From: an uncultured Saprospiraceae bacterium
GTDB lineage: Bacteria > Bacteroidota > Bacteroidia > Chitinophagales > Saprospiraceae
Direction of reading: 5' to 3'
DNA: 64,000 nucleotides
NCBI GenBank assembly: GCA_938015595.1
Contig: CALLPI010000010.1
Span: forward strand, 214,167 to 278,166
Within the stretch, counting starts at the first letter, position 1, and every line of letters begins with the position of its first letter. This document shows positions 38,036-48,500 of the stretch, one piece after another. The translations under genes and the position numbers were made by a program. Below the pieces are notes generated by a model. The model did no database searches. It had not been told where the DNA came from and worked only from the letters and a program-made list of their open reading frames with translations.

Positions 38036-39475
38036 TTAAGAAACAATTTCGCCCAGTAGCGTAGCCGTTGTAGCTGCCACGACACGCACCCGCACGTAGT
38101 CGCCGGGGGTCAGGCCGGGTTGCTTAGGGAACACCAGCATTTTGTTTTGAGAGTTTCGTCCCTTGAACTCGTCTTTAGAACGCTTACTGTCGCCTTCAAT
38201 GAGCACCTCAAAGGTTTTGCCGATATCTGCCTGGTTGTGCCGAAGCGAAATTTGGTTTTGCAGGTGGATAACTTCATTAAGGCGGCGCTTTTTCACTTCT
38301 TCCGGCACATCATCTCTATATTTTTTGGCCGCCAGTGTGCCCGGGCGTTCCGAGTAAGCAAACATGTAAGACATAGCGTAATTGGCGCGCTCCATGATAC
38401 TGAGTGTATCGCGATGCTCCTCCTCCGTCTCCGTACAAAAGCCGGTGATGATATCGGACGAAATGGCGCAATCGGGCAGGATGCGTTCAATGGCTTCAAT
38501 GCGTTGAAGGTACCATTCGCGGTCGTAGGTGCGGTTCATCAACTGCAGAATGCGGCTGTTGCCCGATTGTACAGGCAAGTGGATATATTTACAGATGTTG
38601 TCGTGGCGCGCCATGGTGTACAATACCTCGTCGGTCATGTCTTTGGGGTGCGAGGTAGTGAAGCGCACGCGCAAGTGCGGATGTACCAATGCCACCATCT
38701 CCAATAGTTCAGCAAAAGAAACTACCTTACCCGTTTCCGGGTTTTGCCACTTGTAAGAGTCCACATTCTGCCCGAGCAAGGTTACCTCGCGGTACCCCTG
38801 CTCAAAGAGATGGGTTGCCTCGGCCACGATGCTAAAAGCATCGCGGCTGCGCTCGCGCCCACGCGTGAAGGGTACCACGCAGAAGGAGCACATGTTGTCG
38901 CACCCCCTCATAATGGAGATAAAGGCGCTCACGCCGTTGCTGTCCAGGCGCAGGGGGCTGATGTCGGCGTAGGTTTCCTCGCGAGAGAGAAAAACATTGA
39001 TTCCCTTTTCGCCGTCTTCGGCATTGGCCACGAGTTTGGGGAGATCGCGGTAGGCGTCGGGGCCTACCACAATGTCCACCAGTTTTTCTTCTTCCAAAAA
39101 CTTCTTTTTGAGGCGCTCGGCCATGCAGCCCAGCACGCCTACCAGCACGCCAGGACGCTGACGCTTAACCGCATCAAACAAGCGCAGGCGCTTACGCACA
39201 GTCTCCTCGGCTTTTTCGCGTATGGAGCACGTGTTGATGAGGATAAGGTCTGACTCTTCTAATATGCGGGTAGGCGCATAGCCGTCTTCGGCCAGCACAG
39301 CAGCCACAATCTCGCTGTCACTGAAATTCATTTGGCAGCCGTAGCTCTCGATGTAGAAGCGCTTGCGGCTCGGCGGCCCAGGCATGACCTGCTCCCAGTA
39401 CACCGTCTCGCCCTGCCTGCTTTCATCTATGGCCTTGGGAACGTCCGTCAATGTCGGGTTGTGGTTGTACAGCAT
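38036..39475 (-). CDS. miaB: tRNA-i6A37 methylthiotransferase MiaB
   Basis: [16 protein letters not shown] and the radical-SAM motif [11 protein letters not shown], with a TRAM-like C-terminus. ATG at 39475 is preferred. Confidence 0.9.
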   Translation of the reverse strand: MLYNHNPTLTDVPKAIDESRQGETVYWEQVMPGPPSRKRFYIESYGCQMNFSDSEIVAAVLAEDGYAPTRILEESDLILINTCSIREKAEETVRKRLRLFDAVKRQRPGVLVGVLGCMAERLKKKFLEEEKLVDIVVGPDAYRDLPKLVANAEDGEKGINVFLSREETYADISPLRLDSNGVSAFISIMRGCDNMCSFCVVPFTRGRERSRDAFSIVAEATHLFEQGYREVTLLGQNVDSYKWQNPETGKVVSFAELLEMVALVHPHLRVRFTTSHPKDMTDEVLYTMARHDNICKYIHLPVQSGNSRILQLMNRTYDREWYLQRIEAIERILPDCAISSDIITGFCTETEEEHRDTLSIMERANYAMSYMFAYSERPGTLAAKKYRDDVPEEVKKRRLNEVIHLQNQISLRHNQADIGKTFEVLIEGDSKRSKDEFKGRNSQNKMLVFPKQPGLTPGDYVRVRVVAATTATLLGEIVS

Positions 39476-39584
39476 TGGCCGTGTTTTATTCTGATAAAGC
39501 CCTGTTTTGACGCAAAAGTTCAAATTGGGCGGCGCAAAGGTACGAGATTTTTCAGAATAAATGCCAATTTGTCAGGAACCACCT

Positions 39585-42500
39585 CTACATTTTTATCACT
39601 TTTAATTGCTTGAGTTCTACATCGCCGTACTTCAACCGTAGGAAATACACTCCGCGCGGATACCCGCTAAAATCGAGCAGCACACGCTTGGCAGACGCCG
39701 GCAATACCATGCGCTGCAGTCGGATGCCATTGGAAGATATCACCTCCAACAAGACTTCGTTGCTAAAAGTCTCGAAGAACTCAAGTACCGCCTGACCGCT
39801 TACCGGATTCGGGTACAACAGTACCAGCCGGGAGTCGTGGTACAAAATGATCTCCTCTACATTGGAGTAGCCAGTATCTCGCCCAAATGCCGATACATAG
39901 CGCACACGGTACAAATTTCGCCCCGCCTTGGGCTTGGTATCCAGGAAAGCATACTGCTTCTTGTTGTCGGATATCCGTACGGGAGCGATATTTTCGGCTA
40001 GTACTTGCCAAAGGACACTGTCGGCGGAGTGCTCTAGAAACATTTCGTGGTCTGGCTCTGCATCGGGCAACTCCCAGGTAGTCAGCACTTCCCGCAGTGC
40101 GTTGAGCTCGCTGTGGATAACCAATCCTGAGCCACAATAGATGGGGCTGTTGGTCACAGTCACTTGTTTAAAGCCCTGAGCGGTGCAGCCGTTTTGCGTC
40201 ACGCTAAGCTGGATGGTAAACGTACCAGTAGAGGTAAAACTCACAGTAACCGTGGGCCCCGTGGCAGAGGAAGGTGTTACGCCCGGACCAAACGTCCATT
40301 GAATGACTGCCCCCTGCGCTGTGCCTGTAGCGACAAAGGTAGCCTGCTGGCCAAAACATACCACGCCAGGGCCGCTGATGTTGGCTACTGAAACATTACC
40401 TACCTCCACAATTACAACGTTGGACTCCAAAAACGGCCCGCACTCTACCCTGCGAGCACACCGGGCAAAGTAGGTGGTCTGATAAATCGGCCCAGGTTGG
40501 TAGCTCGGTGAATTGGTACCGGGAATAAGTTCCCAATACCCGTTGTCAAAAGGCCCGTTGACCACACTGCGCATCCAGATGTATTCGATGGGTGCTGTGT
40601 CGGTTCCGCCTGAGGGGAGGGTTATGCTGGTAATTGGCGCAGGCACATTGCCAGGCCCACAAAGGAATTGATATACCGGCCCTATGGTGCCCGGATTATC
40701 TATGTTGATGCAAGGCGGGGTGAAACCCGCATCCCACGATAAATCCACCACGCCGGGTGGCACAACAAAGAACGGCGTCATGTAAGTGACGGGGTCCATA
40801 TCGCTGTCGCGTGCGTCATTTGTACCAGCATTAGATATAGTCGGAGTCAGGTCAGATCCTGCTGGCAGAATGAAGGTGAGTTTGTATTCGCCCGGAGGCA
40901 CGTCAAAGAAATACAGTCCATTGGCATTGGTAAAGGTAGAATCCACGTAGGGGTTGGTTTCTGCCGTGCCAGAGATCACCACCTTGACACCAGGAATACC
41001 TACTTCGCCGGGGTCTTGAATACCGTTGAAATTGGCGTCTATCCACACGAAATCGCCTACACCCGACGGCGTGGGAAGCTGGCGCTGACAGACGCTCGTA
41101 CAGCCATTAGCGTCAGTCACAGTAGCCGAGTAAAGCCCTGGTGCCACGTTGTTCAATACAGGTGTGGTGGCTCCATTGTTCCATTGATAGGTGTAAGGCG
41201 CTACACCATCGCTAGGTGTAAGCACAAGCGAGCCGTCATTACCGCTCACCACATAGCGCTGTATGGTTATAGCACAGGATGGATTGACAAACGCCATAAT
41301 GGTGAATGTTGCGCTGGCTGTACATCCATTGGCGTCGGTAGCAGTAACACTGTATGTACCTGCTGACAACCCTGAGCGCATAGCGCCCATCGTGCCATCA
41401 TTCCAACGATAGATGTAAGCTCCCGTCCCGCCCGAAGCAGCAGCCCGTAGTACCGCAGCAGCAGTACCCTCGCAAGTGCCCTGTTGCTGGGTAATGGATA
41501 CAGAAAGTGCAGGTGGTTGATTAATCATTGTTGTGCGCACCACCTCGCAGCCATTGGCGTCGGTGATGGTCACGGTGTAATTGCCAACAGGAAGATTATT
41601 GATGGAGGGCGTAGAGCTGCCATTGCTCCAGCGGAAGATATAAGGCGTCACGCCACCAGTAACCACTACAGAAGCTGCACCGTTGGAAAGCCCGTTGCAC
41701 GTAATGGCGGTACTGGATATAGAGGACATGAGCATAGGCGGCTGTGTAATGGTCACGGTAGCTGTGCTGGTACAGCCGTCGGCGGAAGTCACCGTAACCG
41801 TATAGCTACCTGCTGACAATCCGCTCAGTTCAGAACTGCTGGAGCCATTGCTCCAAGTATAACTGTAAGGCAGAGTTCCGCCATTTACTGCCAATGAAAC
41901 GACGCCGTCGCTCAGGCCAAAACAACTCACTGGAGTAGCACTTGGGGTGATGGCCAACTGAAAGGTTTGCCTGATGGTATCTCGCGCCACAGCGATACAA
42001 CCATTGGCATCGCTCACGGTAAGGCTGTAAACGCCCGCGGCCAAATTGCTGATCATCTGGCTGGTCTGACCATTGCTCCAGACGTACGTGTAGGGCAAAA
42101 CACCTCCTTGTACGAGCGCACTCAGGGTGCCAATGTTGTTGTTAGAGCAGATGATATTCGCTTTCTCCAGCGCTATATCCAAAGCTGGCGGCTGGGTTAG
42201 CTGAGTAGATACTACCACTGTACAACCATTCTGATCCGTAACGGTAAGGCTGTAAGCTCCAGCTACGAGGTTGGTAATACCAGAACCGATAGCACCGGTG
42301 CTCCAGCTGTAAGTATAAGGCATAACGCCTCCCGACACAGAAGCGGCCAAAGCCCCAGAGGCCTCTCCAAAGCAACGCGGATGTACTGGCACAAGCGATA
42401 CTACCAAAGCAGGAGGTTGGCCTATAGTGACTGAAGTTGACGCCGTACAGCCGTTGACATCCTGTACAGTAACGCCGTACGCCCCCACGGGTAAGCCAGA

Positions 42501-45428
42501 AGCCGATACCGTGGACTGCCCGTTGCTCCAAAAATAACTATACGGCGGACTGCCACCAGTCACAGTAGCCAGGGCACGACCATCACTACCACCAAAACAG
42601 GACACATTCACTCCGGCAGCGCTCACTTCCAGTAAAGGCGGTTGCAGTATTTGCACAGGTACAACCAATGTACACCCCATACTTTCTGTTACAGTTACTG
42701 TGTAGTCACCTGCAGTTAAGTTAGTAGCCTCAGCAGTCTGTGCACCAGTGCTCCATGCAAAGTTGTAAGGCAACGTACCTCCCGAAGGAATAGCCAGCGC
42801 ACTCCCGGTACTGTCGCCAAAACAAAGTACATGGCGCGGTGTAACACTTACTGTGAAATCCGAAACCACTAATATGCTAATCTCTGCTACTGCCGAACAG
42901 CCATTGGCGTCAGTGGCAGTCACAGCATACGTGCCTGTAGCCAAATTGCTAACTGACTCCGCAGTGCCACCATTACTCCATAGATAGCTATACGGAGGCA
43001 GCCCCCCTGATACTACCACCGATGCTGCACCAGACGTAGAGGACTCAGCACAGACTACCTCGGCACCGATGATGCTGATTTGCAAGGCTTGAAATTGTGT
43101 GATGGTCACAGTAGCTGTAGCTGTGCAGCCGTTGGCATCGGTCGCAGTCACGCTGTATGTACCTGCTCCTTGGTTGGAAATACTGGAGGTTGTGGCGCCA
43201 GTATTCCAAAGAAAAGTGTACGGCTGAGTTCCTCCACCGGGCAATGCCGTAAGCGTGGCATTGGACTCCCCCGGGCACAATTGCAAGGCGCTGGCTGTAA
43301 TCGAAACCGTAAGTTGTGGCGGCTGCTCAACGACGGTGCTGCCAGTAATGGTACAGCTATTCCCGTCAGTTACCGTTACGGTGTAAATGCCAGCCACCAG
43401 GTTGTTGTTCACTGGCCCTTGCACCCCATTACTCCATTGGTACAGGTAGGGAGGTGAGCCGCCCGAAGCTGACGCAATAGCGCTACCAGTGTTGCCACCA
43501 AAACAAAGTACACTCTGCCGGGTAATCAATACAGACAGGTTGTCTATCACATTGATATTGACGCTGCCTACTCCGGCGCACTGGTTGGCATCGGTAGCGG
43601 TTACAGTATAGACGCCTGTAGCCAGACCAGCAGCTGTAGCACCCATGGTGCCATTGCTCCATTGATACGTGTAGGGCATTGTACCTCCAGTAGCAATAGC
43701 AGTAGCGGTGGCTGTGTTTCCAGCGCCGCACACCACGGCAGGAGCGTTGACCGTCACTGTAGGTAATGGCGCTGCTTGTACGGTAATAGCTGCCGTGGCT
43801 TGGCAGGCTGCAGCATCTGTTACAGTAACTGCATAAAAACCAGGCGACAAGCCTACGATAGTTTGCGTATTGCCGCCATTGCTCCAGGTGTAAGTAAATG
43901 GAGGAGTACCCCCTGTAGGTAGTGCTGTAGCCATACCTGTAGCTTGCCCCGTACATACCAATGGCGATGCCGTTGCTGTGACCGACAACAATGGCGGCTG
44001 AGTAATGACAGCACCGCTAACAGCCTGACAACCGTTACCATTAGTCACCGTCACAGTGTAAGTGCCCGGTGGCAGGTTGCTGATGGTTGTCACACCTGTG
44101 GCTCCATTGCTCCATTGAAAGGTAAAAGGCGGCACCCCCTGCGTGATAGTCACCGTAGCCGTACCGTTGTTGGCGCCGCAAGAGGTCACGTTTGTAGAAG
44201 TGACCTGGATGTTGAATAACGGAGCTGCAGGCACAGTAGCTGAGGCAGTAGCTACGCACCCCAAGCCATCGGTCACCGTCACTGCATAACTACCTGGCGA
44301 CAAGTTATTGATGGTTTGGGTAGTAGCTCCATTCGACCACAAGTAAGTAAAAGGCACTACCCCACCCTGCGGATTGGCCGTAGCCGAGCCCGTGTTTTGC
44401 CCTGGACAACCTGGCCCTGTACCTGCCGCACCCAAGGTTAGATTGGACTGAGGCACCAACGTAACGGATTGAATAGCGATACAGTCGTTAGCATCGCGTA
44501 CGGTAACGGTGTAAGTACCTGCGCCAAGATTGGTTACTACGGTGCCATTGACGCTATTACTCCAGGTGTACTGGTATGGCGGCGTACCCCCAGTGGCTGA
44601 GGCTGTAGCACTACCATTGGTAAAGCCTGTGCAAGTGGGATTAATAGACGAGATGGTCACAACAATGGGCGGAGGCGCCACTACCGTTCCCATTGCCGTG
44701 CGAGAGCAGCCTCGCGCGTCAGTTACCGTCACGGCATAGATCCCAGGTAGCAAACCGCTGATGACTGGCCCTGTGCTGCCATTACTCCATTGATAGCTCA
44801 AAGGCGGCTTCCCGCCCGAAGCCACCGCCTGGATTTGCCCAGTAGCTTGCCCAGGACACTGCGGATTGCTCACCTGCAGATTCAGGCTGATTGGCGGATG
44901 CAAAATTTTCACACATTCCTGTATGCCACAACCCGTAGCATCCACTACTGTAACGCAATACATCCCCATAGTAGTGATGTTGATGGTAGGCCCGGGCGTA
45001 CCATTGTCCCAGCCATAAGAGTAGGGACCTACCCCCCCAGATCCCACCGCGGTGATAGTAGTAGGCAATGTACAAGTATCTCCAATAAGCGTAGCCACTA
45101 CCTGGGTAGGTTGGTCCACCGTAACGCTTTGCGAAACTGTACCGTTGGAGCCCGTTACCGTCACTGAATACGTACCAGCCATGATGTTGGAAATAGTGGC
45201 CGTAGTAGCACCTGTGTTCCACAAATAGCTATATGGCCCCGTACCCCCAATGGGTGTAACAGTGACGGCGCCTGTGGGCAGTCCGTAACAAGAAGGCTGC
45301 GTAACTGAGAACTGCAATACAAACTGAGCCGAAGCTGATGACAAGCCAGTTAGTACATAAAATAACCACAGGCAAACACGCCGAGGCAAATTGCCTAAGA
45401 TAAACCGTTGTATAATCATTGTCCCCAT
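39585..45428 (-). CDS. giant SprB-repeat cell-surface protein A: 19 SprB repeats, a CNA-B/SdrD-B-like domain, a Cys module, PKD-like and Fn3-like domains, and a T9SS type-A tail
   Basis: ~1947 aa from ATG 45428. I counted 19 copies of the P[YF]x[YF]xW..G...L..G.Y.VTVTD..GC unit. The C-terminus reads LLYPNPVSGQAVLEF..YPRGVYFLRLKY. The start codon is uncertain (45428 or 45419). Confidence 0.85.
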   Translation of the reverse strand: MGTMIIQRFILGNLPRRVCLWLFYVLTGLSSASAQFVLQFSVTQPSCYGLPTGAVTVTPIGGTGPYSYLWNTGATTATISNIMAGTYSVTVTGSNGTVSQSVTVDQPTQVVATLIGDTCTLPTTITAVGSGGVGPYSYGWDNGTPGPTINITTMGMYCVTVVDATGCGIQECVKILHPPISLNLQVSNPQCPGQATGQIQAVASGGKPPLSYQWSNGSTGPVISGLLPGIYAVTVTDARGCSRTAMGTVVAPPPIVVTISSINPTCTGFTNGSATASATGGTPPYQYTWSNSVNGTVVTNLGAGTYTVTVRDANDCIAIQSVTLVPQSNLTLGAAGTGPGCPGQNTGSATANPQGGVVPFTYLWSNGATTQTINNLSPGSYAVTVTDGLGCVATASATVPAAPLFNIQVTSTNVTSCGANNGTATVTITQGVPPFTFQWSNGATGVTTISNLPPGTYTVTVTNGNGCQAVSGAVITQPPLLSVTATASPLVCTGQATGMATALPTGGTPPFTYTWSNGGNTQTIVGLSPGFYAVTVTDAAACQATAAITVQAAPLPTVTVNAPAVVCGAGNTATATAIATGGTMPYTYQWSNGTMGATAAGLATGVYTVTATDANQCAGVGSVNINVIDNLSVLITRQSVLCFGGNTGSAIASASGGSPPYLYQWSNGVQGPVNNNLVAGIYTVTVTDGNSCTITGSTVVEQPPQLTVSITASALQLCPGESNATLTALPGGGTQPYTFLWNTGATTSSISNQGAGTYSVTATDANGCTATATVTITQFQALQISIIGAEVVCAESSTSGAASVVVSGGLPPYSYLWSNGGTAESVSNLATGTYAVTATDANGCSAVAEISILVVSDFTVSVTPRHVLCFGDSTGSALAIPSGGTLPYNFAWSTGAQTAEATNLTAGDYTVTVTESMGCTLVVPVQILQPPLLEVSAAGVNVSCFGGSDGRALATVTGGSPPYSYFWSNGQSTVSASGLPVGAYGVTVQDVNGCTASTSVTIGQPPALVVSLVPVHPRCFGEASGALAASVSGGVMPYTYSWSTGAIGSGITNLVAGAYSLTVTDQNGCTVVVSTQLTQPPALDIALEKANIICSNNNIGTLSALVQGGVLPYTYVWSNGQTSQMISNLAAGVYSLTVSDANGCIAVARDTIRQTFQLAITPSATPVSCFGLSDGVVSLAVNGGTLPYSYTWSNGSSSSELSGLSAGSYTVTVTSADGCTSTATVTITQPPMLMSSISSTAITCNGLSNGAASVVVTGGVTPYIFRWSNGSSTPSINNLPVGNYTVTITDANGCEVVRTTMINQPPALSVSITQQQGTCEGTAAAVLRAAASGGTGAYIYRWNDGTMGAMRSGLSAGTYSVTATDANGCTASATFTIMAFVNPSCAITIQRYVVSGNDGSLVLTPSDGVAPYTYQWNNGATTPVLNNVAPGLYSATVTDANGCTSVCQRQLPTPSGVGDFVWIDANFNGIQDPGEVGIPGVKVVISGTAETNPYVDSTFTNANGLYFFDVPPGEYKLTFILPAGSDLTPTISNAGTNDARDSDMDPVTYMTPFFVVPPGVVDLSWDAGFTPPCINIDNPGTIGPVYQFLCGPGNVPAPITSITLPSGGTDTAPIEYIWMRSVVNGPFDNGYWELIPGTNSPSYQPGPIYQTTYFARCARRVECGPFLESNVVIVEVGNVSVANISGPGVVCFGQQATFVATGTAQGAVIQWTFGPGVTPSSATGPTVTVSFTSTGTFTIQLSVTQNGCTAQGFKQVTVTNSPIYCGSGLVIHSELNALREVLTTWELPDAEPDHEMFLEHSADSVLWQVLAENIAPVRISDNKKQYAFLDTKPKAGRNLYRVRYVSAFGRDTGYSNVEEIILYHDSRLVLLYPNPVSGQAVLEFFETFSNEVLLEVISSNGIRLQRMVLPASAKRVLLDFSGYPRGVYFLRLKYGDVELKQLKVIKM
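41058..45320 (-). repeat. array of 19 in-frame SprB-type repeats (~75-78 aa, ~225-235 nt each)
   Basis: Counted via the recurring PYSYLWSNG-type motif. The boundaries are approximate. Confidence 0.8.
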
Positions 45429-45507
45429 AAAATTGATGATTTTTTGTAAATGCATAATTGAGCCCGTGAAGACGCGCCATGCACTGGCGGCCACACGTGG
45501 CTTTAGG

Positions 45508-45534
45508 TGCCAAGCGGTTGCAAGCAACGCTTGG
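45508..45534 (-). terminator. 8-bp perfect hairpin (GCCAAGCG / CGCTTGGC) in the 155-nt spacer between the two giant genes
   Basis: Read from the sequence, ~50 nt after the stop of gene B. There is no U-tract, so termination versus processing is unresolved. Confidence 0.3.
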
Positions 45535-45583
45535 CCACCATCTTTTACAGGGAGACTTTATGGGAAGTGGGCAAGAAACTACC

Positions 45584-48500
45584 CTACAATTTCAGAACTT
45601 TCAGACGTTTGATTTCTAACTCTCCATAGTGCAGACGTAGAAAATACACTCCAGCAGGATAGCTGGAGAAATCTAGCTCAACGCGCTGGGTAGCCGCAGG
45701 CAGCCTGAGTGATTCCAGCACCACACCGCTCACTGTCACTACATCTACCAGCACTGGGTTGTTGAAGGTTTCAAACAACTCCAGCACCGCGCGCTGCTGC
45801 AATGGATTCGGGTACAACAGTAGCAGCTTGGAGTCGCTGTAGAGGATAGCCTCCGCTATATTGGAATACACCTCCGGCTGGCCATCGCGCACTAATTTTA
45901 CGCGGTAGTAATTCCGCCCGCGCTTGGGCTGAAAGTCAGTAAACTGAAAATACCGCTGCCCTCCATCCACACGTACAGGCTGCGCTACGTTGGCTATTAT
46001 GCGGAAGTCCGTGCCATCTTTTGAGTACTCTACCGCAAAGACCGTGTATGGTTCCGACTCAGGAAATACCCAAGTCACATCTACAGCGCGCTCACCCCTT
46101 GCCATAGCTTCTACTCGAAGATCGCCGCCGCAAACAATCGGACTGGTACTCACGGTGATGAACCCGATATTAGAAGCTGTACATCCATTTTGAGTTACCG
46201 TAAGCGTAATTTGAAACGTACCAAATGACGTGAAATTCACCGTCACTGGAGACCCCACAGCAGTAGATGGCACTACGCCTGGGCCAAAACTCCAGGTAAT
46301 AACTGCACCGGGCACCGTGCCTGTCGCCGAAAAGGTAGCTGGTTGCCCAAAGCATACGATACTCGGCCCGCTGATGTTAGCTACTGAGATACTCCCCACT
46401 TCCACGAACACCACATTGGACTCCAGGAAGGGGCCACAATCTACCCGGCGGGCACAACGTGCAAAGTAAGTGCTCTGATAAATTGGCCCTGGCTGATAGT
46501 TGGGCGAATTTGTGCCAGGGATGAGCTCCCAGGACCCATTGTCAAACGGCCCTCCTACCACACTGCGCATCCAGATGTACTCAATAGGCGCGCCAGGTGT
46601 TCCCCCCAATGGGAATGCCACGTTTACCAGGGGCTGCGGCACATTGCCCGGCCCACATAAAAACTGATAGGCTGGGCCAATAGTACCCGCGCTGGTCAGG
46701 TTGATACAAGGTGGCACAAAGCCGGCATCCCAGGTTAGGTCTATCTGGTTCGGAGCCAGCGTGATAACCTGGGTCATCAGCATAATAGTATCGGGGTCGC
46801 TGTCAATAGCATCGTTGCTGCCTATATTAGGTAAGGTAGGACGCAAGTCACTTCCGGCGGGCAGCGAAAAAGTAAGTTTGTATGTACCCGGCGGCAGCGA
46901 AAACATGTACATACCGGTATTGTCTGTCAAAGTACTATCGCTGTATGGAGTGCTGGCGCCCACGCCGGTCACCACTACTTTCACGCCTTGCAGTCCGGGT
47001 TCGCCGGGGTCTTGCAAGCCGTTTTCGTTTTCGTCAAGCCAAGCGCGATCACCCAACTTAGCAAGACAATTGCTCGTCACACTGATGGTGGAACGGATGG
47101 AGGTTTCGCATTCATTTGGGTCAAACGGCATCAGCCTGGCCAGGAACTCGTAATTACCCGGCGCAAGCTGTTGAGGATCGAGTACGGTGATGGGTATGCC
47201 GTTCAAAAAATAGCTTACCGTACCGGGTACAGAAGGTGCAGCCGACAATACAATGGGTTCGGCAAATATGCACAAGTCGGTAGGCAGCGGCGAAGTAAGA
47301 TTGATGCTGGGGTATCGGCACACATTTGATCTGTCTAGCGTATCAATGCCATTGGTGAAGTCTGCTCGGTAGGGCCTGTCGTGCAGCAAAATAAAGCGGA
47401 GTTCATACACGCCTGGAGCTACTTCCACAAACGGCACGCTGCCAGTAACGGGAATGGGGGGGGCTGGTGGCGGCAGGCTATTGACCGAAAATAAATTCAC
47501 CGGATTGACTAGCGTCCAGCTCTCACCAGGATAGCTAAAGATAGTAATGACTTCCAAAAACTGGCCATCCACCTCGGTAGTGGAGTTGTTCAGGCATACG
47601 CAGGGATCAGTCATATCCACCATAGGCCGCACATAGATGCCCGCATCCAGTGTAGCATTAAACTCGCCGGGCGCCAGCGTCACGTTGGGTGTCATACCCA
47701 TGGTAGCCTGGTTGGCATCGCTGTCTATGGTGTCGTTGCTACCTTGGTTGATGAGGGTAAATAGATACGGATAAGGCGCTACAAACTGCACAGCATACGT
47801 GCCAGGCACCAGCCCGACAAACGAATACCGGCCATTTGCATCGGTCAAGGTGCTATCAATGATTGTGCCGGCGGCATTCTTGAGGCGCACCTGAATGTTG
47901 GGTACGCCAGGTTCTCCGGGGTCTTGCAGGCCGTTTTTGTTGATGTCTTCCCATACAAAATCGCCGAGGCCGCTGCGGGCAATGAGATTGATAGTACACG
48001 AAGTAGTACAGCCATTTGCATCCGTGATGGTCACAGCATAAGTACCTCCATTCAGTCCGGTGATAATCTGGCTGGTAGCTCCTGTATTCCAGAGATAGGA
48101 ATAAGGCGAAGTGCCCCCTGACGGAATGACCGTGAGAGCACCGTCATTACCTAAGATAACTTCCTGCAGGATGTTGATGACGCAAGCAGGCACAGGGAAT
48201 GCTGCAATGGTACGGGTAGCTGTAGCCGTACAGCCGTTGGCGTCTGAAACAGTTACGGTGTAAGTACCTGCAGGCAAGTTGCTACGTACTGGCCCGGTAG
48301 CGCCGCCATTCCAGGCATAGGTATAGGGTGGCGTTCCACCCGAAGCGGCAGCCGTCAGCGAGCCATTGGCAGTATCTTGGCAAGTACCTTGCGTTTGCAT
48401 GAGTGAGAGGGTAAGTTGCGGCGGCTGGGTAATTTGCACGCCGGCAATGGCATCACAGCCGTTGCTGTCCGTCACAGTTACGTTATATACCCCTGGTGCA

